A stretch of DNA of 64,000 bases, taken from an uncultured Candidatus Cloacimonadota bacterium (lineage in GTDB: Bacteria; Cloacimonadota; Cloacimonadia; Cloacimonadales; TCS61). Below are positions 8,460-18,475 of this stretch, in pieces (within the stretch, counting starts at the first letter, position 1; every line of letters starts with the position of its first letter). Under the pieces are notes generated by a model. That model worked only from the letters and a program-made list of their open reading frames with translations. It had not been told where the DNA came from and did no database searches. The stretch covers positions 3,945-67,944 of the forward strand of contig CAZRXY010000117.1 in NCBI GenBank assembly GCA_964604155.1, given 5' to 3'. The position numbers and the translations under genes are program-made.

Positions 8460-10570
8460 TGTATGATAGTAAATTAGCAGACCGGATTATCAATTTTTTA
8501 TCTCAGAATCAGAAAACGGATTTTAAAAGCGGAGATATTGCCAAAGCCTTACATCTTAAGAAGCATAAACGCAGAGACTTGGAAGATACATTAAGACAGC
8601 TCAAAAGACAAAGAAAAATCTCAGGTAAAAACAAACGGTATTATATTGATACCTCTTCCCCACCTCAGGAATTCACGGGTAAATTCGATGCCAGACCTCT
8701 GGCTCAGAACAAATCATTTGCTTTTGTCATCCAGGAGAAGTCTGATATTTATATATCACGCGAAGACGTTATGAATGCCTATCATGGAGATGAAGTCGCA
8801 GTAGCCATCAAGTATGAAGGGAAAGATACTCTGCACGGCTATATCACCGCTGTGCGTTCCCGGGCTCGTGAAAACGTGGTAGGTAGATTGGAAAAACATC
8901 AGGGTAGATACTATCTCATTCCAGATGCTTCGATTATACATAATGATTTTGAGATATATGACACGGGAGATGCCAAAACTGGTGAAAAAGTAGTTATCAA
9001 GGTTACAAACTGGGGAGACCCTGATAGAAGGCAATTGCCCGGGGGCAATGTCATCGAGATTTTGGGTAATGCAGGTGAACCTGATGTAGAAATAATGTCC
9101 GTTATTCGTGCTTACAGTCTTCCTTTGGAATTCCCGCAGGCAGTTATTGCAGAATCGCTTTCCCTGGATGAAGAGATAAGTGATATGGAAATCAATTGCA
9201 GGGCAGATTTCAGAAAGATGTTTACTATCACTATTGATCCAGCTTCTGCAAAAGATTATGATGATGCTATTTCGCTGCATAAAACAGAAGATAATATTTA
9301 TGAACTATATGTCCACATTGCGGATGTGGCTCATTATGTAAAACCAAATGGTGCAATATTTGCAGAAGCCTGTGAACGCGGCAATAGTTACTATTTTCCG
9401 CGTAAGGTGATCCCCATGCTGCCGGAAAAACTTTCTAATGGAATCTGCTCTCTGAGACCACAGGAAGATAAACTTACATTGACAGTGATTAGCAGATATA
9501 ATGCTGAGGGCTCAATTATTTCACAGGAAGCAACGGAATCGGTGATCAGATCAGATAATCGTCTTACCTATTCGGAGGTTGATGCTTTTTTTGAGAATAG
9601 CGAGCAATTTTTAGATCAGGACACTCAGAATATGCTGTTACTAATGCGTGAATTATCCTCAGTTCTGCAGAAAAACCGTCTCAAAAGGGGTTACTTGAGT
9701 CTTAATCTGCCGGAAACGGAGTATATTTTTGATGAAGAGGGGCATGTGACAAATCTGGAAAGGTCTCTTGAGACAGAATCGCATCAAGTCATAGAGAACT
9801 TCATGCTCTCAGCTAATGAATACATGGCAAAACTTCTGGCGGATGCAGACACGCTTTATAGAGTTCACGAAGCTCCAGACCCCGACAGTATAGATGATTT
9901 GAAGAGATTGGCAACAGTGCATAATTTCACATTTGACCTGTCGCATACAATTAATGAAGCTTTTCAGATCGCCCTGGAATCTCTGGAAACAGAAGAAAGA
10001 CATCGCGTGTTTGATAGAATGATCCTCCGTCACCTGCAAAAGGCAAAATATGATATCATAAATAGAGGGCATTTTGGCTTGGCATTATCGAACTATACTC
10101 ATTTTACTTCGCCTATTAGAAGATTATGTGATCTGGTGATTCATCATCAATTAAAGGACAGATTAAAACATAATAAATCCGGCAATCGTGATGGCATTTT
10201 TTCCAGAATGGAGCTAAATAAATTTGCCGCCACAGCTACGGAACGCGAAATTCTGGCAGATAATTCTGAAAGAGAAGTAGATCTCAAAAATAAAATGATA
10301 TTCATGAAAAAGAAAATCGGCGAGGAATATAACGCCCTGGTGATCGCCATCAAAGAAAAGATGCTGATTGTAGAATTGGACGAGTATCCGGTTACCGGTA
10401 TAATCCCCCTCTCCAGTATTACTGATGATTATTATGAATATCATGCCTATTATGACACATTGCTGGGTACTCGCAAGGCTCAGGCGATCCGTCTTGCAGA
10501 TAAATTTAAGGTAAAACTGGTTCGTGTGGATAATGATATTATCTTTGATATTATTGAAAAGAAGATATGA
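8459..10570 (+). CDS. rnr: Ribonuclease R
   Basis: TIDPASAKDYDDAIS, VHIADVAHYV, IENFMLSANE, YTHFTSPIRR; N-terminal HTH and cold-shock domains, C-terminal S1. Confidence 0.93.
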   Translation: MYDSKLADRIINFLSQNQKTDFKSGDIAKALHLKKHKRRDLEDTLRQLKRQRKISGKNKRYYIDTSSPPQEFTGKFDARPLAQNKSFAFVIQEKSDIYISREDVMNAYHGDEVAVAIKYEGKDTLHGYITAVRSRARENVVGRLEKHQGRYYLIPDASIIHNDFEIYDTGDAKTGEKVVIKVTNWGDPDRRQLPGGNVIEILGNAGEPDVEIMSVIRAYSLPLEFPQAVIAESLSLDEEISDMEINCRADFRKMFTITIDPASAKDYDDAISLHKTEDNIYELYVHIADVAHYVKPNGAIFAEACERGNSYYFPRKVIPMLPEKLSNGICSLRPQEDKLTLTVISRYNAEGSIISQEATESVIRSDNRLTYSEVDAFFENSEQFLDQDTQNMLLLMRELSSVLQKNRLKRGYLSLNLPETEYIFDEEGHVTNLERSLETESHQVIENFMLSANEYMAKLLADADTLYRVHEAPDPDSIDDLKRLATVHNFTFDLSHTINEAFQIALESLETEERHRVFDRMILRHLQKAKYDIINRGHFGLALSNYTHFTSPIRRLCDLVIHHQLKDRLKHNKSGNRDGIFSRMELNKFAATATEREILADNSEREVDLKNKMIFMKKKIGEEYNALVIAIKEKMLIVELDEYPVTGIIPLSSITDDYYEYHAYYDTLLGTRKAQAIRLADKFKVKLVRVDNDIIFDIIEKKI

Positions 10571-11799
10571 TCGCATTCGGAATATATCTCGTATTTATCA
10601 CGCTTCTGGAGATTTTGCTTTATCTGCCTTTAAAGCTGATATTCTCAAAACAGAAATCTTTGTCGAGATTAGGTTATTATCCATCAAAATCCTCAAAAAC
10701 TATTTGGTTCCATGCCGCTTCCCTGGGTGAAGTGAATGCTCTTAAACCGCTTTTGCAAAAAGTTATCTCTGAATATGGCGCTCAAAATATCGTGCTCACA
10801 ACTATGACATCTACCGGTCAAAATGCCGGCAGGCAGATAGATAAAGAGCTTTCCGCAGGATATATCCCTCTGGATTTCCCCTTTGCTATTGCTCGCTTTT
10901 ATCAGAGTATCAAGCCTGCACTGATAGTGATTATGGAAACGGAATTCTGGCCCCAGATGCTGTATCAGGCATTCATAAGAAAAATCCCTGTGATTGTGAT
11001 TAATGGCAGACTTTCTGAAAAATCATGGGATAATTACCACAAAACCAGATATTTCTGGAAAATTCCATTTGACGCTATCAAAGAAATTAATGCCCAATCT
11101 CCCTATGATAAGTCCCGGTTTGAACAGCTTGGATTCCCACTCGTGCATAGCAAAGGCAATCTAAAATTTTCGCTCAATCTCACGCTGCATAACCCAGCCC
11201 AAAAACGCAAGGATTACGGCATTAATAGTGGCGATTTCGTCCTCACTTTTGGCAGTTCCAGACCCGGTGAAGAAGCTATGCTGGCAGGAATATATCAGCA
11301 ATTAGCAGCAAACATCCCTCATCTCAGGCTTATCATTGCCCCTCGACACCTCAAACGGCTACCTGAGATTAACGAAGTGTTATCTGACCTCGATTTTGTG
11401 CTTTATTCAGAATTGAAAATCAAGCCTCATGCCAAAGTGATAATCATAGACGAAATAGGTTTATTGACCGAGATATACAGTTTTTCTGACCTGGTAATCG
11501 TGGGGGGAAGCTTTAAAAATTTTGGAGGTCATAACCCTCTGGAACCAGCTTTTTATGCCAAACCTGTTATCATGGGTCAATATTATTCCTCCTGTTTAGA
11601 CACGGTTAATAAACTCAGAAATGGAGAAGGAATAACCATTACAAAAGAAGAAAACCTCGCTAATATTATATTGAAATTTTATAACGACAGCCACCTTCGC
11701 CGGATGCAGGGAGAAAATGCCAAAAATATCCTGGAAAAAAATTCCCTCGCCTTACAAGATAACTTAAATACAATTAAGACTTATCTAAATTCACAATAA
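10567..11799 (+). CDS. waaA: 3-deoxy-D-manno-octulosonic acid (Kdo) transferase
   Basis: IWFHAASLGE, METEFWP, NGRLS, GNLKF, APRH, GGSF..GGHNPLEPA. Confidence 0.93.
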   Translation: MIAFGIYLVFITLLEILLYLPLKLIFSKQKSLSRLGYYPSKSSKTIWFHAASLGEVNALKPLLQKVISEYGAQNIVLTTMTSTGQNAGRQIDKELSAGYIPLDFPFAIARFYQSIKPALIVIMETEFWPQMLYQAFIRKIPVIVINGRLSEKSWDNYHKTRYFWKIPFDAIKEINAQSPYDKSRFEQLGFPLVHSKGNLKFSLNLTLHNPAQKRKDYGINSGDFVLTFGSSRPGEEAMLAGIYQQLAANIPHLRLIIAPRHLKRLPEINEVLSDLDFVLYSELKIKPHAKVIIIDEIGLLTEIYSFSDLVIVGGSFKNFGGHNPLEPAFYAKPVIMGQYYSSCLDTVNKLRNGEGITITKEENLANIILKFYNDSHLRRMQGENAKNILEKNSLALQDNLNTIKTYLNSQ

Positions 11800-11822
11800 C
11801 TTCCGGCTATTCGCGATAACAG

Positions 11823-11854
11823 AAAAAGGTGCAGTAAAAAAATTACTGCACCTT
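11823..11854 (-). terminator. Rho-independent terminator between convergent operons
   Basis: AAGGTGCAGTAA-aaaaa-TTACTGCACCTT 12-bp stem with the U-tract on the minus strand. Confidence 0.8.
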
Positions 11855-11865
11855 CAAGAATATTT

Positions 11866-13218
11866 TCAGATATTCAGCATCACCCGCTTTTCCACAAGTT
11901 CTTTGATCTCCTGCAGACGCTCTGCAGTTTCTGCTTCAAAACGAAGAACAAGAACCGGAGTGGTATTTGAAGCACGGCAGAGTGCCCAGCCATCCGCAAA
12001 TGTGATCCGCATTCCGTCAATGTCATTTACATCATAGCCCTCTTTTATAAAGTAATCTCGCACTTTCGCTACAACTTCAAATTTTGTTTCATCCGTGCTG
12101 GCAATATGAAGCTCAGGGGTGTTATACATTTTTGGCTGATCTGCCAGCATCTCGCTGACAGGCTGATCACTCTTTGATACAATCTCCACAAGCCTGGCAC
12201 CCACATATATTGCATCATCATAACCTAAATATCTATCTTTCAAAAAGATATGTCCGCTCATCTCACCTGATACTTTAATGCCTTCCTCTTGCATTTTCAT
12301 TTTTATATTGGCATGCCCGGTTTTGTACATGATGGGAATGCCTCCATATGATATGATATCATCAAAAAGATTTTTGGAGCATTTAACATCAGCAATAATT
12401 TTCTCGCCCCTGTTTTTTCCCAGGAAGTCACGAGCAATGATATTTAATATCTGATCACCATACAGCATATTACCTTTTTCATCGATAACCCCTATGCGAT
12501 CAGCGTCTCCATCCATACCCAGACCAATCTCAGCCTTCTCTTTGATAACCAGTTTGCTAAGATCTACCATATTTTCTACTTTTGTGGGATCCGGATGATG
12601 ATTTGGATAGGTGCCGTCCAGATCGCAATATATTTCCGTAACCTCACAGCCAAGGCTTCTCAGTATCTTTGGCAAATAAGGACCTCCCGCTCCGTTGCCG
12701 GCATCTACAACCACTTTAACGGGCCTCTTTAGTTTAAGATCCTTCAGCAGATAATCAATGTAAATCCGGTCAATATCGCTATTGATGGATTTTGATCCGG
12801 AACCCTGTTCAAAATCCCGACTGTTGATCAATTGCAAAATTTCCTGGATTTGAGAGCCAAACACACTGGCTAAACCAAAGTTCATTTTTATTCCATTATA
12901 TTCCGAGGGGTTATGACTGGCTGTGATCATCACTCCTCCATCAGTATGCAGTTTCCAGATAGAAAAGTATAATACAGGAGTGGCAACAATCCCGATATCC
13001 GTAACATCTAATCCGGTATCCATTAGTCCTCTGGTGAATTGCTGCTTGTATTCAGGAGTAGATAAGCGGGCATCTCCCCCGATCACGCATGAACGGGCTC
13101 CCTTCCTTTTTATATATGTCCCATATCCTCTGCCAATTAGATAAAGTATCTCCGGAGAAAGGTCCTTATCCACCACACCCCTGATATCATATTCTCTGAA
13201 AATTTTCTGATTTATCAT
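11866..13218 (-). CDS. Phosphomannomutase/phosphoglucomutase (AlgC-like)
   Basis: IFREYDIRG, TASHNP, DGDADR, GEMSGH, RASNTTP. Confidence 0.93.
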   Translation of the reverse strand: MINQKIFREYDIRGVVDKDLSPEILYLIGRGYGTYIKRKGARSCVIGGDARLSTPEYKQQFTRGLMDTGLDVTDIGIVATPVLYFSIWKLHTDGGVMITASHNPSEYNGIKMNFGLASVFGSQIQEILQLINSRDFEQGSGSKSINSDIDRIYIDYLLKDLKLKRPVKVVVDAGNGAGGPYLPKILRSLGCEVTEIYCDLDGTYPNHHPDPTKVENMVDLSKLVIKEKAEIGLGMDGDADRIGVIDEKGNMLYGDQILNIIARDFLGKNRGEKIIADVKCSKNLFDDIISYGGIPIMYKTGHANIKMKMQEEGIKVSGEMSGHIFLKDRYLGYDDAIYVGARLVEIVSKSDQPVSEMLADQPKMYNTPELHIASTDETKFEVVAKVRDYFIKEGYDVNDIDGMRITFADGWALCRASNTTPVLVLRFEAETAERLQEIKELVEKRVMLNI

Positions 13219-13826
13219 TTTGCCTCCATTTCTTCTTTCTCTATTAATTCCCTGATAATTGCTATCATTTTGCGAAAGGCTTTGCCACGGTGACTTATCA
13301 AGTGCTTTTCATCCGCATCCATTTCACCAAAGGTTTTTCCCGTCTCGCTGCAAAAAAATATGCTGTCATAACCAAAGCCCTGTACGCCAATTTCCTGTTC
13401 TGTTATTTTGCCCGGTACACAACCCTCGGTGGTGGCAAGCAATTCACCCGCTGTATCTGCCAAAGCTACTACAGTCCTAAAGCTGGCAGACCTCTCCGTT
13501 ATGCCTTCCAATAAATGTAACAGCTTTTCCCTGTTATCGCGGTAGCTGCAATTCTCTCCTGCAAACCGGGCAGAATAGACCCCCGGCTCCCCGCCCAGCG
13601 CATCCACAAATAAACCCGTATCATCTGACAGAGTGTATATACCGGAAATACCAGCTAATTCACAGGCTTTTTTTATCGCATTATCCCTTATAGTTTCTTT
13701 ATCTTCAATTACGTCTGGTAAGTCAGGATTATCTCCCGCAAAAAGCAATTCCATTTTTAGCTCTGAGAGAATGTCGGCTATCTCCGCATACTTATCTTTA
13801 TTACCTGTGCCGATTAATATCTTCAT
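13215..13826 (-). CDS. rdgB: Non-canonical purine NTP pyrophosphatase (RdgB/HAM1)
   Basis: TGNKDK, DDTGL.VDAL.GEPGVYSAR, GFGYD, SHRGKA. Confidence 0.93.
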   Translation of the reverse strand: MKILIGTGNKDKYAEIADILSELKMELLFAGDNPDLPDVIEDKETIRDNAIKKACELAGISGIYTLSDDTGLFVDALGGEPGVYSARFAGENCSYRDNREKLLHLLEGITERSASFRTVVALADTAGELLATTEGCVPGKITEQEIGVQGFGYDSIFFCSETGKTFGEMDADEKHLISHRGKAFRKMIAIIRELIEKEEMEAK

Positions 13827-14356
13827 GCCTTTCCTTTACCAGAAATAGAATTGAATAATGAAGATATCTTATTAATCACGTTACGGGAAAGAAATCTCTC
13901 GGCTATGGCAATAGTGTTACCTATTGTCTGTAATAGATCATCATCACCGCTCCAGTGTTCCTGCAAAATCTCTGTATCTATCTCATTGAGTATGGCATTA
14001 AGTCCATATACCACCAGCAAGAGATCATCAACCAGCCCCAGTACGGGTATAAAATCCGGCAGTATATCTATTGGTGAGATCACATACAAAATTATGCCGC
14101 CGATCATTAATTTCTGCGTGGAAGGTACTCTTTTATCTCGGGCAAGACGCACCAGCAACGCCATAAAATCCGGTAAAATCAGTAGATAATCTATCACTTC
14201 CCCATACTTCCCGCGAAATCTCTCGCTCTTAAACGAATTTACTTTCTTACGAATGTTGTCATAGATATCATTACCTCTTTCGCTGTTTTCAATTAATTCT
14301 TCTATGATTACTTCGTTCTCATTCTTTGTTTCATCGCTCATCTTTTCCTCCTTCAT
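13823..14356 (-). CDS. DUF1232/YkvA family membrane protein
   Basis: YVISPIDILPDFIPVLGLVDD signature. Confidence 0.88.
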   Translation of the reverse strand: MKEEKMSDETKNENEVIIEELIENSERGNDIYDNIRKKVNSFKSERFRGKYGEVIDYLLILPDFMALLVRLARDKRVPSTQKLMIGGIILYVISPIDILPDFIPVLGLVDDLLLVVYGLNAILNEIDTEILQEHWSGDDDLLQTIGNTIAIAERFLSRNVINKISSLFNSISGKGKA

Positions 14357-17004
14357 TTTAAGCCCTCAAGTAATTCAAGTGTGCCGTTATAGGCAGTGAG
14401 TACTTCGGTATATTTTTCTTTTTCTCGTGACACTATTTGCTCAGGGGCACTTTGCAAAAATTTCTCATTTTGCAATTTTGCGGTTATCTTGTTAAGATCC
14501 AGCTCTATTTTACCAAGCTGTTTCTGCAGGCGGTATCGCTCTGCCTCAATATCTATCAATCCGCTTAATGGCAGATATACTTCCATATCTTTAACTACAT
14601 CAGCTATACTACCGGAAGGCTTGATGAGGTGATTGCCAGTCTGTAATTCAGCTACATTTGCCAGTTTACGCAGATAGGGTATATTATCCTGTAATAGCTT
14701 TTCCTGCCCAGACTGAGGCGTCTTTATGATCACCTTGATCTCCTTGCCGGGTGATAAATTCACCTGCTTTCTTAAATGTCTGATCACGGTTATCGTTTCC
14801 TGAATCAGATTCATCTCACTTTCGATCTGCTCGTTTATTAATTCCTTATCTACCAAAGGATAAGCAGCTATCACAACGGATTCTTCAAGCTCGGGTATAT
14901 AGGGAATGATATTCTGCCAGATTTCCTCTGCAATAAAGGGCATCAAGGGCTGCAAGAGACGCATGGAATTCTGCAGCACCAGCAAAAGCACGTATTTCAC
15001 CGTCTTCTGACCTCTAGGATTTGTCTCATCATAAATCCTGTCTTTAGATAATTCCAGATACCAACTGCAAAATTCCTTCCAGATAAAGTCCTGAGTGATC
15101 AAGGCAGCTTCATTCAATCTCAGGTTTTCATAGCTTACTGCCGCCTTGGCTGCTGTTTGCTGTAATCTGCTCAAAATCCATCTATCCGCAAGTTCCAGCT
15201 CCAATTCACTTTCTGCCAATGACCCCTCGATTTTCTGCACATTCATCATGATAAATCTATAAGCATTCCATATCTTATTAGCAAAATTTCTGCCGGTTTC
15301 CAAGATACCGTCGCTGTAGTAGCTGTCCTGACCTTTAGGTGTATTAAAAATGATGGAAAAACGCAAAGCATCTGCTCCCACAGTATCTATGATATCAATA
15401 GGATCAGGTGAATTGCCAAAACTCTTGGACATCTTTCTCCCCGTCTCATCCAATACCATCCCGTGAAGAAATACTGTGTTAAAGGGAATAACATTACAAA
15501 ATTCCAAAGTGCTCATAATCATTCTTGCCACCCAGAGATAGATAATTCCCGGGGCAGTAACTAAAAGGTCTGTCGGCAGAAAATAGCGTAATTCTTCTGT
15601 CTCACGGGGCCAACCCAAAGTGCTGAAGGGCCATAACCAGCTACTGAACCAGGTATCCAGAACATCTTCATCTTGTCTGAATTCACCATAACCGCAATTT
15701 GTACATCTTTCCGGCTGGCTTCTTCCTACTGTCATCTCTCCGCAATTCTTACAATAGTATGCCGGTATCCTGTGTCCCCACCAGATTTGCCTCGATATGC
15801 ACCAGTCCCTGATGTTTTCCATCCAATGAAGATATACTTTCATCCATCTTTCCGGCTGGAACTTTATCTCACCGCTTTTTACAACTTCTATTGCCCTTTT
15901 TGCCAAAGGCTCCATTTTAACAAACCATTGATCAGATAAATACGGCTCTATCACGGTCTCGCAGCGATAGCAATGTCCCACAGAATGATTGTGATGCTTT
16001 ATCTCACCCAAAAGACCCAAAGCATCCAGATCTTGGATAATCTCCCCTCTGCACTCATATCTATCCATACCACGATATTTCCCGGGCACTTGCTCATTCA
16101 TCCTGCCATGCTCATCAATCACCAGCACCTGCTCAAGTCCATGCCTCTGCCCCACTTCAAAATCGTTAGGATCGTGTGCCGGTGTTATCTTCACGCACCC
16201 CGAACCAAAACCCATCTCCACATATTCATCTCCAATCACCGGGATTTCTTTATTCATTAAAGGCAATACTACCTTTTTCCCAATTATGTTCTGATATCTG
16301 TCATCATCAGGATGAACGGCTATTGCCGTATCTCCCAGCATAGTCTCAGGCCTGGTGGTCTCCACTGTTATATAACCCGAGCCATCGCTAAATGGATACC
16401 TGATCTGCCATAATTTTCCTTCTTCATCCTCGTGCTCTACTTCATCATTTGCCAAAGCGGTCACGCAGCGGGGACACCAGTTTATTATCCTTTTTCCCTT
16501 ATAAATAAGACCTTTCTCATAAAGCCGGATAAATACTTCCTGTACTGCTTCGGATAATTGCTCGTCCATTGTAAATCTCTCTCTACTCCAGTCACACGAC
16601 GCACCCATTTTCTTGAGCTGCTCTATGATCCTGCCGCCCTTAGCTTCCTTCCATTCCCAAATCCGCTTGAGAAGTTCCTGCCTGCCTATATCATGACGCG
16701 TCTTATTCTCTTTGGCAATTTGTTTCTCAACCACGTTTTGAGTGGCTATCCCGGCATGATCCACGCCCGGCAGCCAAAGCGTGGGAATCCCTCTCATTCT
16801 CTTATAACGGATCATCACGTCCTGTATCGTATTATTGAGCACATGACCCATATGCAAATGACCCGTAACATTGGGCGGAGGAATCAATATCGTATAAGGC
16901 TGCTTTGTCTTATCTATGATCGGTGTAAAATACCCCTTCTTTATCCAGTGGTCATACCACTTCTTCTCTATTTCGCCCGGAACGTAATTTTTGCTTATTT
17001 CCAT
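14353..17004 (-). CDS. valS: Valine--tRNA ligase
   Basis: PPPNVTGHLHMGH (HIGH), DWCISRQIWWGH, KMSKS, C-terminal coiled coil with NEKFLQSAP. Confidence 0.97.
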   Translation of the reverse strand: MEISKNYVPGEIEKKWYDHWIKKGYFTPIIDKTKQPYTILIPPPNVTGHLHMGHVLNNTIQDVMIRYKRMRGIPTLWLPGVDHAGIATQNVVEKQIAKENKTRHDIGRQELLKRIWEWKEAKGGRIIEQLKKMGASCDWSRERFTMDEQLSEAVQEVFIRLYEKGLIYKGKRIINWCPRCVTALANDEVEHEDEEGKLWQIRYPFSDGSGYITVETTRPETMLGDTAIAVHPDDDRYQNIIGKKVVLPLMNKEIPVIGDEYVEMGFGSGCVKITPAHDPNDFEVGQRHGLEQVLVIDEHGRMNEQVPGKYRGMDRYECRGEIIQDLDALGLLGEIKHHNHSVGHCYRCETVIEPYLSDQWFVKMEPLAKRAIEVVKSGEIKFQPERWMKVYLHWMENIRDWCISRQIWWGHRIPAYYCKNCGEMTVGRSQPERCTNCGYGEFRQDEDVLDTWFSSWLWPFSTLGWPRETEELRYFLPTDLLVTAPGIIYLWVARMIMSTLEFCNVIPFNTVFLHGMVLDETGRKMSKSFGNSPDPIDIIDTVGADALRFSIIFNTPKGQDSYYSDGILETGRNFANKIWNAYRFIMMNVQKIEGSLAESELELELADRWILSRLQQTAAKAAVSYENLRLNEAALITQDFIWKEFCSWYLELSKDRIYDETNPRGQKTVKYVLLLVLQNSMRLLQPLMPFIAEEIWQNIIPYIPELEESVVIAAYPLVDKELINEQIESEMNLIQETITVIRHLRKQVNLSPGKEIKVIIKTPQSGQEKLLQDNIPYLRKLANVAELQTGNHLIKPSGSIADVVKDMEVYLPLSGLIDIEAERYRLQKQLGKIELDLNKITAKLQNEKFLQSAPEQIVSREKEKYTEVLTAYNGTLELLEGLK

Positions 17005-17023
17005 ATAGCCTCTATCTTTATTT

Positions 17024-18463
17024 TTATATTATCACTTTAATATTTATTTTCACAAGTTTATTGCCGGCAGAAATATATACGCATTTTTCCAGTTGATCAT
17101 ATTCACTCATGAATTCTATCTTCCGGTCATGCTCATATTCCGCCATCAATTCTCCAGTCTTCACGTGAGCCACACTTAATTTATCTCCTGCATACATCAA
17201 AAATACACTGTCGTCTAATTGCCTGTATTGATTCAAACTAATTTGGCTCAAACTGCTCTGCCAGGTATCACCTCTGGCTATTTGATAATCTTTCTGCCAG
17301 ATTTCTTCTCCATTATCTCTATTAAGGCATAAAAGACGATCATCAGATAGATATACCAGAATGCGATTGGCATCCACCAATCGCAGCACCTCCACCTTCG
17401 CTTGATATTTATTTTCCCACCTGATTTCAGAACCCCTTTTATCTATGGCAAAAACACGATGTACGCCAGTTAAATAAATCCTCCGATAATCAAACAAGGG
17501 TATATCGCTTATAGGAATAGGAGTTTCTATCTGCCAATCCGAATCAAGCTTGAGCACTTGACGTGGAAATAATTCTATATTTATATTCATGTCCTGACGG
17601 GATAATTCCTTTAAAAGATCCTGTGCCTGTTCCTGCAACAAAAAAAATTGCTCCTTAAGCTCATTTCGCGTAAATTCCGAACCCCTGAACTTGAGCCCGC
17701 TGAATAGATCATCCAGAAGATTCTTCCCATAATACACATAAACAGCGCTCAATATTATCAATACCAAAAATATGGTCGCTGTTTGATTTACTCTGCGTCT
17801 CCGAAGCCAGGGACTGGTATTATGAGCAGATTGACGAAAATTCTGCAAAAGAGCATACCCAAATCTCTCTTTTCTCTTTATCTGATGAAGATGCTCATTT
17901 ATACTCAAGCTGTGCAAACCAAGTTTCTGTAATTTTATGGCAGCTTTACTCTCAATTGCAATGAAGTAGCTATTCTCTCTCAGTGAAAAATTTTCTATCT
18001 TTACGTGGATATCCATATCACGTGAACCCAGAAGCTGGATATCGGATAAAGATTTCACACTAAGATCCTGCCATTTGCGCCCTAATTCACTAAAACTGTC
18101 TTCCAATAGCTCACCCATGAAATATCTGCCAAATTGTACTGCATAAGTGCGGCTTTGCTCCATTACAAGCAATAATAATGATATGCCTCGCTCCAAATCA
18201 TGTCGCTGGGTAAAAAGTGAATATATCCGCCAGTTTATCTCAACAAAAAAATTCTCAAGGGCAGGCTTGATCTGCTCCTCCGGCATGCTCTCCAAATCAA
18301 GATTTATCAATTCGCTGAGAACTCGCTCCAAAATCTGCTCGGCAAAACTATCATCAGAATAATGATTCATCAATAGAATCATATTCCTTTGCTGACCCGG
18401 AAAATGATCACAATAGGTATAATTTCCACTAAAGCTGCCCGAGTAATCTATCAGTTTTATCAT
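17024..18463 (-). CDS. Membrane protein: degenerate PP2C-like N-terminal domain, single TM, C-terminal PQQ/BamB-like beta-propeller
   Basis: PP2C-like pattern (ALENFFVEINWRI...GISLLLL...YAVQFG...LLG) without the DG motifs; RRRR-preceded TM; VFAIDKRGSEIRW and LLCLNRDNGEEIW propeller repeats. Confidence 0.6.
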   Translation of the reverse strand: MIKLIDYSGSFSGNYTYCDHFPGQQRNMILLMNHYSDDSFAEQILERVLSELINLDLESMPEEQIKPALENFFVEINWRIYSLFTQRHDLERGISLLLLVMEQSRTYAVQFGRYFMGELLEDSFSELGRKWQDLSVKSLSDIQLLGSRDMDIHVKIENFSLRENSYFIAIESKAAIKLQKLGLHSLSINEHLHQIKRKERFGYALLQNFRQSAHNTSPWLRRRRVNQTATIFLVLIILSAVYVYYGKNLLDDLFSGLKFRGSEFTRNELKEQFFLLQEQAQDLLKELSRQDMNINIELFPRQVLKLDSDWQIETPIPISDIPLFDYRRIYLTGVHRVFAIDKRGSEIRWENKYQAKVEVLRLVDANRILVYLSDDRLLCLNRDNGEEIWQKDYQIARGDTWQSSLSQISLNQYRQLDDSVFLMYAGDKLSVAHVKTGELMAEYEHDRKIEFMSEYDQLEKCVYISAGNKLVKINIKVII

Positions 18464-18475
18464 GATCTTACCTGC

